A model generated the notes under the pieces. That model had not been told where the DNA came from. It saw only the letters and a program-made list of their open reading frames with translations, and searched no databases. A program made the position numbers and the translations under genes. From an uncultured Acidobacteriota bacterium (lineage in GTDB: Bacteria > Acidobacteriota > Thermoanaerobaculia > UBA5066 > DATFVB01), in assembly GCA_963813155.1 (NCBI GenBank), contig CAWEYG010000002.1:672001-736000 (forward strand): a stretch of DNA of 64,000 bases, written 5' to 3'. This document shows positions 39,548-49,292 of the stretch, piece by piece. Position 1 is the stretch's first letter. Each line of letters starts with the position of its first letter.

Positions 39548-42142
39548 TTGAGCCTTGCCTCCGGGACCCGCCTGGGGCCGTACGAAATCTCGTCCCCGCT
39601 CGGCGCGGGCGGAATGGGAGAGGTCTACAGGGCGAGGGACACGCGCCTCGGAAGAGACGTCGCGATCAAGGTGCTGCCCGAGCGACTCGCGGAGGATCCG
39701 GAAGCTCTCGCCCGTTTCGAAACCGAAGCGCGCGCCGTCGCCGCCCTTTCGCATCCGAACATTCTCGGGATCTTCGATTTCGGGCGGGAGAACTCCGTCG
39801 TCTTCGCGGTGATGGAGCTCCTCGAGGGCTCGACGCTCCGGGAGCGCCTCGACGCGGGCGCCCTGCCGTTTCGAAAATGCATCGATTACGGAATTCAAAT
39901 CGCGGAGGGCCTCGCGGCGGCGCACGACAAGGGAATCGTTCACCGGGATTTGAAGCCGGAGAACGTGTTCGTGACGCCCGAAGGGCGCATCAAAATCCTC
40001 GACTTCGGCCTCGCGAAGTCGCTCGGCGTCGTTTCCGCGGGAACCGACACGCAGTCGCCGACTCTGGCGCAGGCAACGGACCCGGGCACCGTTCTCGGGA
40101 CCGTCGGCTATATGTCCCCCGAGCAGGTTCGGGGGCGCGGCGCGGACGCGCGCAGCGACATCTTCTCGTTCGGCGCCGTCACGTACGAGATGGCGACCGG
40201 CAAGAGGCCGTTCTCGGGAACCTCGGCCGTCGAAACAATGAACGCCGTCCTGAAGGAGGAGCCGCCGGAGATCTCGACGATCCGGAGCGTTCCCCCGGAA
40301 TTCGAACGGATCGTCCGGCACTGCCTCGAAAAATCCCCGGAAGAACGCTTTCAGTCGGCGCGCGACATCGTCTTCGCGCTCCAGTCGCTCGGGCAGGGAT
40401 CTTCCACGCGGCTGCGAGCCGTCGGCGGAGCGGGAACGATTTCGGTTCGAAGATGGGCTCTCCCGGCGGGAATCCTGGCCGCAGTCGCCGCGGCGGCGCT
40501 CGCGTACTGGGCCGGCCGCGGCGCGGGCGAACGCCGCGCGCGTTCGAACCCTCCCTCGTTTCAGAGACTCACGTTCCGGCGGGGCACCGTCTTCAACGCG
40601 CGGTTCGCGACCGACGGCAAGACGGTCGTCTATAGCGCGGCCTGGCAGGGAGAATCGCCGGCACTCTTCACCGTTCGGTCCACGGGCCCCGATTCGCAGA
40701 AACTCGATCTGCCGCCGGCGATGCTCTACTCGGTTTCGCATTCCGACGAGCTCGCGATCGGCCTGGGCTGGCATTACACGCTCGGATTCACGTCCGAAGC
40801 GACGCTCGCCCGGGCCGCGCTGTCCGGCGGGACCCCGCGGCCGGTCGCCGAGCGGGTCGTCTCGGCCGACTGGGCGCCCGACGGTGAAAACCTCGCGATC
40901 TCGCGATACGTCGACGCGAAGGACGTGCTCGAGTACCCGATCGGCCACGCGATCTATTCGACGCTTGGCTGGATCGACGGCGTCCGGATCTCCCCGGACG
41001 GCGACCATGTCGCGTTCGCCGAGCACCACCAGCGCGGAGACTCGGCCGGCGACGTCATGCTCGTCGACCGCGGCGGCAAGACGAAAACGCTCGTCGCCGG
41101 TCTCACGATCATCGACGGGATCGCCTGGGCCCCGGGCGGACGCGAGATCCTCTGGAGCGGAGTTCGTTCGGGCAACAACGCCGCCCTGTCCGCCGCGGAT
41201 CTCTCCGGCCGGGAAAGGCTGATCTATCGGAGCGGGATCTCGGAAAGTTTGAACGACGTCGCGCCGGGCGGATCGGCCCTCGTGACTCAGACGAGCACCC
41301 GCCGCGAAACGTACCTCGCGGGCAGGGCCGGAGGCCGCGACCGCGACCTCTCGTGGCTCGACTGGACGTTCCCCGACGACATCTCGCCGGACGGAAACTG
41401 GCTGCTCAGCACCGAGCAGGGACAGGCGACGCGAACCGATTACCTCGTCTACCTGAGAAAGACCGACGGCTCGCCGGCTGTTCAGCTCGGCACGGGAAAC
41501 GCGACGACGATCTCGCCCGACGGACGCTTCGTCGCCGCGATTCGAGCTCCCGCCCCCGGCGAGAAGGGGCGACGGATCGTGCTGTATCCCACGGGAGCCG
41601 GGCAATCGACGGTCCTCGACCTTCCGAATCTCGACCCGATCTGGGCGGCCTGGTTCCCCGACGGCAAGCGGCTTCTCCTGAGCGCGGACGCGCCGAATCA
41701 TCCGGCGGGAATCTACGAGGTCGCGATCGGGGGAGCCCCGCCGCGGCTCATTTCCGCGCCGCCGATGAACCCGTTCTTTGCCTCCGTCTCGCCCGACGGC
41801 GGCTCGATCGGGGGTCTCACGGCCGACCTTCGAGTGACGATCGTACCTGTGCAGGGCGGAGCGCCACGCGTCTTCCCGGCCGATCTCAACGCGATCAACT
41901 TCATCCGATGGAGCGCGGACGGGCGGTCGGTCTTCTACCAGGAGCGCTCGCGGAACCCCGCGCGAATCCAGCGGCTCGACCTCGCGACGGGCCTTCACGA
42001 AATGGTGAGGGAGGTCGCCCCCCAGGATCCCGCCGGCGTCATTGGAATCGGCCCCCTCTGGATCACGCCGGACGGCCAGACGGTCGTCTACTCCTACCGC
42101 CGGGGCCTGACCGACCTGCTGCTCGCCGAGGGGCTGAAGTAG
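39548..42142 (+). CDS. Hanks-type Ser/Thr protein kinase with TM and TolB/PD40-like propeller
   Basis: [37 protein letters not shown]; TM segment; repeated SPDG blades. Confidence 0.95.
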   Translation: MSLASGTRLGPYEISSPLGAGGMGEVYRARDTRLGRDVAIKVLPERLAEDPEALARFETEARAVAALSHPNILGIFDFGRENSVVFAVMELLEGSTLRERLDAGALPFRKCIDYGIQIAEGLAAAHDKGIVHRDLKPENVFVTPEGRIKILDFGLAKSLGVVSAGTDTQSPTLAQATDPGTVLGTVGYMSPEQVRGRGADARSDIFSFGAVTYEMATGKRPFSGTSAVETMNAVLKEEPPEISTIRSVPPEFERIVRHCLEKSPEERFQSARDIVFALQSLGQGSSTRLRAVGGAGTISVRRWALPAGILAAVAAAALAYWAGRGAGERRARSNPPSFQRLTFRRGTVFNARFATDGKTVVYSAAWQGESPALFTVRSTGPDSQKLDLPPAMLYSVSHSDELAIGLGWHYTLGFTSEATLARAALSGGTPRPVAERVVSADWAPDGENLAISRYVDAKDVLEYPIGHAIYSTLGWIDGVRISPDGDHVAFAEHHQRGDSAGDVMLVDRGGKTKTLVAGLTIIDGIAWAPGGREILWSGVRSGNNAALSAADLSGRERLIYRSGISESLNDVAPGGSALVTQTSTRRETYLAGRAGGRDRDLSWLDWTFPDDISPDGNWLLSTEQGQATRTDYLVYLRKTDGSPAVQLGTGNATTISPDGRFVAAIRAPAPGEKGRRIVLYPTGAGQSTVLDLPNLDPIWAAWFPDGKRLLLSADAPNHPAGIYEVAIGGAPPRLISAPPMNPFFASVSPDGGSIGGLTADLRVTIVPVQGGAPRVFPADLNAINFIRWSADGRSVFYQERSRNPARIQRLDLATGLHEMVREVAPQDPAGVIGIGPLWITPDGQTVVYSYRRGLTDLLLAEGLK

Positions 42143-42152
42143 AGGGGTTTTC

Positions 42153-44832
42153 TCAGCGCGGGCGTTTCGACGGCTCGACTCCGGCAAGGCCTTCGACGAG
42201 AACGAGGCTGTTCAGGAGCTCAAAGCCTCCGAAGACGACTCGTTTCCCGTCGGGGGAAATGCCGAACGTCTCCGTCGGAATCTCCGGATCGAACCCCGCG
42301 AGCTTGCGCCGCGTCGAGGCCGTGTCGCGGTCCGGATCGAATTGCTGGATGTAGATGCCGAGAACCCCGCTTTCGTCGGCGCCCAGGAACGCGAGGGATT
42401 TTCCGTCGGGCATCCAGCGGTCGCGCCCGGCGCCGCCGAATCGATTCTGGAGGCGGGCCCGGAAAGCCGTCGGCTTGCCGTCGGCGAACCGGACGACCTG
42501 GACGTTGACCGGGGCGGTCTGATCGCTCAAAGCCTCTCCGAAGGCCACGTAGCGACCGTCCGGCGAAATTTCTCCCCAGATGAGCGAGCCGGCCACGAGG
42601 CGAGAAGCCTCGCTGCCGTCGACCCGCGTTTTCCAGATTCCCTGCTTCGAGGGGTCGTACGAGACGTAGACGATCCAATTCCCGTCGGGCGAGAAGACGG
42701 GGTTCTCCGCGTCGACGCCGTCCTTCGTCACCTGGCGCGCGCCGCTTCCATCCGCCGCGGCGGTCCAGATCTCGAAATGGCCGCCCCGATTGGAGCTCCA
42801 CGCGAGAGTCTTTCCGTCGCGCGAGAAGCACGGGTCCCAGTCCTGGGCCGCATCGTGCGTGATCGGATGGATCGCGCCCGTCTTCGTCGACATCGACCAG
42901 ATGTCGAGGTTGCCACTGCGGTCCGAGGAGAACGCCATCCAGTCGCCGTCGGGGGAAAAGGAGGGCTGGCGGTCGTTGCTGGTCCCGCGGGTGAGCCAGC
43001 GGGAGCTGCCCGCTTCGCCCGAGGACGGGACCGCGACTTCCCGCAGGTTCGAGCGGCTCGTCCCGGATTCGGCGACGACCGTGCCGGGACCCGAGATCTC
43101 GACCCGGCTGGAAACCCCCGGAATCCAGGCAAGCGTCCGGGCGTCGCGCGAGCCGACCCGCTGGAGGAGAAGACGGGTTGCCGAGACCGCAAAGAAGCCC
43201 ACCGAGCTGTCGGCCTGGCCGTAGACGACTTCGCCACGCCGGCCGGCAAAGCTCGGAATCACGAACAGCCCGCGGTGCCCTGGCGGCTCCATCGTCGACG
43301 GCTTTCCCCCGTCGAGCGGAACGACGTACAGAGACCCCGGGTTGTTGCCGGCCGCCTTGGAGACGGCGACCGACTTTCCGTCCGGGGTGAACCGCGGCGC
43401 GGCGATGATGAAATTCTCCAGACGCGCCAGCTGCTTTTCGCCGTTGCCTTCGGCGTCGACGAGATCGAGATCGACGCCGATCCGGCCGTTCACCGTCCGG
43501 TTGCGGCAGAACGCGATGCGGCGCCCGTCGGGCGACCAGTCGGCTTCGAAAGCGTTGTCGATGATCTTCCTCGGCTCGCCGCCGACGGTCGGAATCTGGT
43601 AGAGGGAGCTGCCGTTCTCGGTCGTACGGATGAAAAGGATCGAGGCGCCGTCGGGAGAAAAGCGAGGGAAGTCGTCCGGGCCGGCGGTGACGGCCGCCTC
43701 CGCTCCCCCGGACAGCTGCTTGAGCCAGATGCGCGGGCGTCCGTCGCGCTCCGAGCAGAACGCGATGGTCCGGCCGTCGGGAGACACCGCGGGCGAATGG
43801 TCCTTCCCCGAGTAGGTCAGGGAGTGGATCGCGGGCGGCTCCGACGGTTTGCCGCGGCCCAACCAGGCTCCGAGAGTCCCGCGACCGCCGCAATCGCCGA
43901 TTGCGGCCGCGATTGCCCTGAACGGCAGGACCACGGCGGCTCGCCGGGAACGGCGTCTTCGACGTCACGGACCGGTCCGAAAGCGTCTCGAGGCTGAACG
44001 CGAGATCGCGCGCCGATTCGAAGCGCTGGTCGGGGGTCTTCTCCAGACAATGCCTCACGATCCGGTCGAGCGCCGGCGAGAGGTTCGGGTTCGACGCGGC
44101 GACGTCCGGCGGATCTTCTTTCAGGATCGCCGTCATCGTCTCGGCGGCCGTATCGCGCTGGAATGCGCGCTTCCCCGTGAGCATCTCGTAGAGCACGGCG
44201 CCGAAGGAGAAGATGTCGGAGCGCGCGTCGACCGGGAGACCTCTGACCTGTTCCGGCGACATGTAGCCGACCGTTCCCATGATCATTCCGGGCTCGGTCG
44301 CCATCGCGAGCGTCGGGGAATTCGTGTCCTCGCGGGATCCCGGGGGGCCTCCCACCTTCGCGAGGCCGAAGTCGAGGATCTTCACGCGGCCGTCGCGAGT
44401 CAGAAAGATGTTGTCCGGCTTCAGGTCGCGGTGGACGATTCCCTTTCCATGCGCCGCGGCCAGGCCCTGGGCGATCGCGAGCGCATACTCCGTCGCGCGC
44501 CGGAGCGCGAGCGCGCCACCCGACAGCCGGTCTCGAAGCGTTTCCCCTTCGAGAAGCTCGGTGACCGCGAAAACGACAGAGCCTTCCTTCCCGAAATCGT
44601 GGATCGCGAGGATGTTCGGATGCGACAGCGCCGCGACGGCACGCGCCTCGCGCTCGAAACGGGCGAGCGCGTCGGCGTCCTCGGCAAGACGCGGGGGAAG
44701 GACCTTGATCGCGACCTCGCGGCCGAGCCGCGCGTCGTTGGCGCGGTACACTTCTCCCATTCCGCCCGCGCCGATCGGCGAGAGGATTTCATAGGGCCCA
44801 AGCCTCGTTCCCGGGTAGAAATCACGAAACAA
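42153..44832 (-). CDS. Hanks-type Ser/Thr protein kinase with TolB/PD40 repeats, frameshifts near 43880-43935
   Basis: Kinase motifs ([17 protein letters not shown]) in ORF 42220..44832; PD40 repeats ([15 protein letters not shown]) in ORF 42153..43934. Start uncertain. Confidence 0.9.
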
Positions 44833-44886
44833 TTTCCTTCACCGGGCTCATGGAGCGAGGATACATCGCGACGCGCCGGACATCTG

Positions 44887-45270
44887 CTAGCGAACGGAGA
44901 TCGGTGAGAATCCGAACCGCCCATAAATCCCGGCGAGCGCCGCCGAAAAGACCTGCGGCGCGAAGCGCGACTCGAAGACCCGGAGGCCCTCGAGGGCGAG
45001 GCGGCGCCGAAGGCCGGGTTCCCGCAGCACCCGCGCGATTCCCACCGCAAGGGAGCTCGCGTCGCCAGGCGGGACGAGAACAGCGCTCCGGCCGTCCTCC
45101 ACGTCCTCCAGCACTCCGTCGACACCGGAAGCGACCACGGCGACTTTCGCCTGAAGCGCTTCGATCAGCGCGAGCGAGCCGCTCTGTTCCTCGCGCGACG
45201 GCAGAACGAAAACGTCCGCCTCCCTCAGGTGACGCGCGGCATCCGGAACGACTCCCGTGATCTCGCCCGG
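44887..45270 (-). pseudogene. GT4 glycosyltransferase, C-terminal half only
   Basis: ITGVVPD...ADVFVLPSREEQSGSLALIEAL..VVASGVDG..LVPPGD; no N-terminal domain and no start codon upstream of the conserved region. Confidence 0.7.
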
Positions 45271-46710
45271 TCATCCAGCCCGGCGCCTCGGAACCTCGAA
45301 CGCGTAGAGATTGCCGGCCGTGTCGCCGAAAAAGACGCGGCCGTCCGAGATCGCGATGCCGCCGTAGAGGGGCGCTCCCGTGTCGAACTTCCAGAGCGGC
45401 ACTCCGTTGCGGGCGTCGAGGGCGACGCCCGAGGTCCCCGCGGCCGCGAACACGACCCCGTTCGCAACCGAGAGGGGCGCGAGCACCGGGCCGTCCAACA
45501 ACACGAACGACCAGATCGCGGAGCCGGTGGCAGGGTCGAGGGCGGAGATCGACCCCGGGAAACTGGCCGAGCCGATCTGGACGCGCCCGCCGCCCACATA
45601 GAGGCGCTTTCCGTCGAAGGCCGCCGTCGAAATCGTGCCGTCGCCGCATTGCGGGCAATCTCCGCCAACGGCAATCCGAGTCTTCCAGACGGGCCCGGAC
45701 GCGAGATCGTCGCGCCGGAACGCGTAGTAATTCCCGTCTTTCTGTCCGGCGCCGACGAGGAGACGCGCGGCGGCATCGCGAAACAGGGTCGGCGACGAGC
45801 CCCAGTCCGCGTCCGGCACCGAGTTGTAATCGTCCAGCGGAATCTTCCAGAAATCCCGGATTGCCAGATCGCCGAGCGCGAGCCGGACGATCGAGTACGC
45901 GAGCCCGTCGTCGTACGCGTACGCGGACGCGGTCGTGACGAAGAGGACGCCCGAATCCGCGTCGATCGCCGGCGAGGACCAGATTCCCGCGCCGAAACGG
46001 GCGGGATCGGAAGTCTGGGAGAGGTCGGCGGCGAAACGGATGCTTCCTGAAGCGGGGTCCAGGCCCACCACGCGACCGTCGACGAACGGATCGTCGCAAT
46101 GGCTCGAGATCCCCTGATAGACGATGCCGCCGGCCGGCGAGGGAGAGCACCACCCGTAGTAGCCGCCCGCCGGGGAATTGTCCCCGAGCTTCGTCTTCCA
46201 AAGGATCGCGAGCGAGTCCGCGTTCAGCGCGTAGAAGGAGTCGTCGCCACCCGCAAGGTAGAGCGCTCCCCGGTCGAATGCGGGCGCGGACGTAATTCCC
46301 TGGACGGGGGGATCGCAGTTTCCCGGCTGGGTCGTTCCGAGATTCTTCGAGGCGATTGCGCCGCCGGTCGACGCGTCGAGCTCCCACTCGTTGCCCGCCC
46401 AGTCGCCGACGTAAACCCGCCCCGAAACGACCGTGGGCGAAGAAGCGATCGAGCCCGGAAGCGACGCCTTCCACGCGAGGCGCATCGAGGCGACCGAAAC
46501 GGGCGAAATCATCGTCTCGGCATGGGCCTGCCCGGTCATCGCCGCGTCCGCGCAATACTTCGGCCAGTCGTGGTCCGGCGCCTTGCCTTTCATCGAGACG
46601 GCAGGCGGCGAATCCACTGCGCCGATCCGCGGAGGCGAGCTCGCGGCCGAGGCGGGGCGCAGCAGCAGGGCGGTGGCGGCCGCGTTTCGGACGAACGTGG
46701 GAATTCGCAA
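45271..46710 (-). CDS. PQQ-like (BamB-type) beta-propeller exported protein (start uncertain)
   Basis: DWPKY, LAWK, SSPTV..GRVYVG, YALNA...LWK, GIWSSPAID, ALDA..G..LWKF repeats. Confidence 0.82.
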   Translation of the reverse strand: MRIPTFVRNAAATALLLRPASAASSPPRIGAVDSPPAVSMKGKAPDHDWPKYCADAAMTGQAHAETMISPVSVASMRLAWKASLPGSIASSPTVVSGRVYVGDWAGNEWELDASTGGAIASKNLGTTQPGNCDPPVQGITSAPAFDRGALYLAGGDDSFYALNADSLAILWKTKLGDNSPAGGYYGWCSPSPAGGIVYQGISSHCDDPFVDGRVVGLDPASGSIRFAADLSQTSDPARFGAGIWSSPAIDADSGVLFVTTASAYAYDDGLAYSIVRLALGDLAIRDFWKIPLDDYNSVPDADWGSSPTLFRDAAARLLVGAGQKDGNYYAFRRDDLASGPVWKTRIAVGGDCPQCGDGTISTAAFDGKRLYVGGGRVQIGSASFPGSISALDPATGSAIWSFVLLDGPVLAPLSVANGVVFAAAGTSGVALDARNGVPLWKFDTGAPLYGGIAISDGRVFFGDTAGNLYAFEVPRRRAG

Positions 46711-46735
46711 GACGCGAAATTGTAACCCTCTCGAT

Positions 46736-46775
46736 CGTCCAAAATTCAGGACGCGCTCCTCCAGGCTTTCGGACA
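46736..46775. promoter_or_regulatory. Tandem TCC-N8-GGA palindromic sites (putative enhancer)
   Basis: CGTCC-AAAATTCA-GGACG (46736-46753) and TCC-AGGCTTTC-GGACA (46760-46775), 22 bp apart; TTTCGGACAAT is identical to 38164-38174. Confidence 0.62.
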
Positions 46776-46857
46776 ATTCGCGGCGACCGTCCATCGGCGG
46801 GTCGCGCGTTCTCGATTCAAACCAATCACTTCGCGCGCTGAGCTCTGCCGGCTCATG

Positions 46858-46873
46858 TGGCGCATCGATTGCT
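46858..46873 (+). promoter_or_regulatory. Sigma-54 (-24/-12) promoter
   Basis: TGGCGCATCGATTGCT, near-consensus TGGCRC-N5-TTGC; the ATG at 46887 is 15 nt after the -12 C. Confidence 0.78.
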
Positions 46874-46886
46874 TCGTTCGTCCCGC

Positions 46887-47237
46887 ATGAAAGTTCGAAT
46901 ACTGGTCGTCGAGGACGAAGATTCAACAGACCGTTCGATGAAACGATTTTTTGAATTTCAAGGAATTCGCGTGGACTGCGCCCGCGAGATGGAGGAAGCC
47001 GAAGCGCTTCTCTCCAACTACACATATGAGATCGTCATCAGCGGCGCGCGGCTCACGACGGCCCACGGATCCGAAGGGCTTCGGATTCTCTCTTATGCGC
47101 ACGAGCACTGTCCGTCGACGCGCACGGTCCTGCTGGCGACGCCGGGACACGCTGAGATCGAAGACGAGGCCCGCGGCCGCGGAATCGACATTCTCGAGAA
47201 GAGTCAGATCTTCGGGCTGCCGAGGCTCGCGTCGTGA
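46887..47237 (+). CDS. Atypical (pseudo-)receiver domain protein
   Basis: MKVRILVVEDED...IVISGARL: Gly replaces the phospho-acceptor Asp seen in the paralog (LVISDLRL). Confidence 0.78.
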   Translation: MKVRILVVEDEDSTDRSMKRFFEFQGIRVDCAREMEEAEALLSNYTYEIVISGARLTTAHGSEGLRILSYAHEHCPSTRTVLLATPGHAEIEDEARGRGIDILEKSQIFGLPRLAS

Positions 47238-48250
47238 ACCCCAGTCTCCTCGACTCGATGCTCGACTCGCGGGCGATCACGACCGTTTTTCAGCCCGTGT
47301 ACGAGATCAACGAATCGACCGACCGAGCTCCCGCCGTGCATTTCGTCGAGTGTCTCTCCCGGGGACCGAAGGGAACGAACATGGAGTCCGCCGGAGTTCT
47401 CTTCGAGTACGCGCGGCGAAAGGGAAAAGAAGCGACGCTCGACAAAATCTGCATCGAAGAAGCCTTTCGAGCGGTCTCCGCTTCGGGATATCGGCCGGCG
47501 ATTTCGGTCAATGTCCACGCCTCGACTCTCGATCGCGACGCCGATTTCCCCCTCTTTCTCGCCAGGCTCGCGGATCGAAGCGGGATCGCGCGGACGGGGA
47601 TCGTCCTCGAGATCGTCGAGCACGGACCCGACGGGAACGGTCCCGGCCTCGATGGCGCCCTCGCGGAGCTCCGACGGCTCGGCGTTCGAATTGCCCTGGA
47701 TGACATCGGTCTCGGCCAGTCGAACTACCGGCGCATCCTCGACTGCCGCCCGGATTACTTCAAGCTCGACCGCTATCTCATTCAGGGCTGTCACGCGGAT
47801 CCCGCGCGAGGCGCGCTTCTCGACTCTCTGGCCCTGCTCGCCCGCCGAATGGGAGCCCGCGTGGTCGCGGAAGGAGTCGAGACTCCCGAAGAACTGTTCG
47901 AGGTCTGCAGTCGCGGAATCGATCTCATTCAAGGATTCCTGCTCGCGCGCCCGACCTCCGCGGAGGGGTTGGGGGCCGTGATCGAAGACTCACTCCGCGC
48001 GAAACCGACGCCCCGCATCGACGAAAGGAGCGTTCCCATGACCGTCGTTCTTCACGTGAACGTGTATTGTCCAAGTCCCGATTGCCCGTTCCGGGGAAGC
48101 GTCGACGCGGAGCGCTTCGTCGCGGGCGGATCGGCCCGGCACTGCCCCGAATGCGGCACGGCGCCCGTTCGGATCGAGATTCCGGGCCGGCCGAGCCCGC
48201 AAAAACTCGGGCACCGGGGCACCCCGGAGCTGCAGATCCGAACGGCCTGA
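47234..48250 (+). CDS. EAL-domain protein with C-terminal Cys4 zinc-ribbon-like extension
   Basis: FQPV, VECLSRG, SVNV, LEIVE, ALDDIGLGQS, FKLD, AEGVE, QGFLLARP; tail CPSPDC...HCPECG. Confidence 0.88.
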   Translation: MNPSLLDSMLDSRAITTVFQPVYEINESTDRAPAVHFVECLSRGPKGTNMESAGVLFEYARRKGKEATLDKICIEEAFRAVSASGYRPAISVNVHASTLDRDADFPLFLARLADRSGIARTGIVLEIVEHGPDGNGPGLDGALAELRRLGVRIALDDIGLGQSNYRRILDCRPDYFKLDRYLIQGCHADPARGALLDSLALLARRMGARVVAEGVETPEELFEVCSRGIDLIQGFLLARPTSAEGLGAVIEDSLRAKPTPRIDERSVPMTVVLHVNVYCPSPDCPFRGSVDAERFVAGGSARHCPECGTAPVRIEIPGRPSPQKLGHRGTPELQIRTA

Positions 48251-48393
48251 GGTCAACGCAGAGAAGCTCATTTCCCGTCCGGCGATACCGGTCCACGACG
48301 ACAACACCCGAACATTCGGCGATTACCCGATCGCAAAGCGGAATTCCCGCCGCCCCTCGATTGTTGGACGTTCGAAGTTAAGGAGAAAACAAA

Positions 48394-49032
48394 ATGATCG
48401 GACTGTTTTTCGTTTCCGTCATGGCCGTCGTCGCCGCGCCCCCGCCGACCGCGATCCCTTCCCTCTGGGAGATCACCGGCGAGCTCGCGGAGGCGTGCAC
48501 CTGCAAAGTCCCCTGCACCTGCCAGTTCGGACAAGGCCCAACGCCCGGACCCGGCTGCCGGTCGATCATCACGCTGTCGATCGACAAGGGCCGCCGGGGC
48601 GACGTGAAGCTGGACGGCACGAAGCTCGCGCTCGTCTTCGGCGACAAGGGAATCGTCTTCTACATTGATTCCGCGGCTCCCGCGACTCAGCGGGCAGCAC
48701 TGCGGGCCGTCGCCGAGAACATGGCGGCCATCTCGAAATGGAGCTCCGTCGCTTACCGGGAGGCGCCGATCGCCCAGACGATCACGCCGACGGAGACGCG
48801 GGTTGCAGTCGGCGAGGCCGGCTCTTTCGACGCGGAGATGCTTCTCGGCGCGGATGACAAGACTCCCGTCGTCGTCGAGAACCAGGGGGATGTCAACGTC
48901 GGCCGGCTCGAGAAGGGAAAAACCCGTTTGCTGAAGTACAGCGACGCCGCGGGGAATTCGATCGATGCGAAGGACACCAACAGCGACCGCGGCCACTTCG
49001 AGTGGAACGACAGGATGGCGAGGTTCTTCTAG
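48394..49032 (+). CDS. DUF1326-like Cys-rich exported protein
   Basis: AAGGAG RBS; signal peptide; WEITGELAEACTCKVPCTC..G..PT..GC..IDKG..GDVKLDG; YID..A...QR.AL. Confidence 0.75.
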   Translation: MIGLFFVSVMAVVAAPPPTAIPSLWEITGELAEACTCKVPCTCQFGQGPTPGPGCRSIITLSIDKGRRGDVKLDGTKLALVFGDKGIVFYIDSAAPATQRAALRAVAENMAAISKWSSVAYREAPIAQTITPTETRVAVGEAGSFDAEMLLGADDKTPVVVENQGDVNVGRLEKGKTRLLKYSDAAGNSIDAKDTNSDRGHFEWNDRMARFF

Positions 49033-49059
49033 TCGGGCCTCGCTCCTGTCCTTTTCAAT

Positions 49060-49290
49060 TCATGCTCCCTTGTGCTCCATCACAACGGCCGTGCCATCGG
49101 ACCACTTGCGAACGGGAACCATGAACACCGTGATCGGTTCCGGGCGGCCATGAAACATGGGAAGCTGCAGGACCGGGGAGACTGGCAGGTCTGAACTCCA
49201 ATTCACCGGGTCGACCTTCCCTTCGTAACCGTAAGCTACCCACATCACAACCTTCTCGTTCGCATCGTGCTTGCCCTGAGTCCTCTGCTT
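49060..49290 (-). pseudogene. Truncated paralog of the C-terminus of 49811-50581
   Basis: NWSSDLPVSPV...EPITVFMVPVRKWSDG aligns with TWGANVHGGPV...EPITTFFVIAPKWSDG. Confidence 0.6.
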
Positions 49291-49292
49291 GA

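Noticed and set aside
38228-42187. 1319-aa minus-strand ORF
   Set aside because: Antisense to the XRE, cytochrome c and kinase genes; no domain signature.
45240-45273. Selenocysteine readthrough of the TGA
   Set aside because: No convincing SECIS hairpin downstream and no catalytic Cys context; fusion of an exported propeller to half a cytoplasmic GT is implausible.
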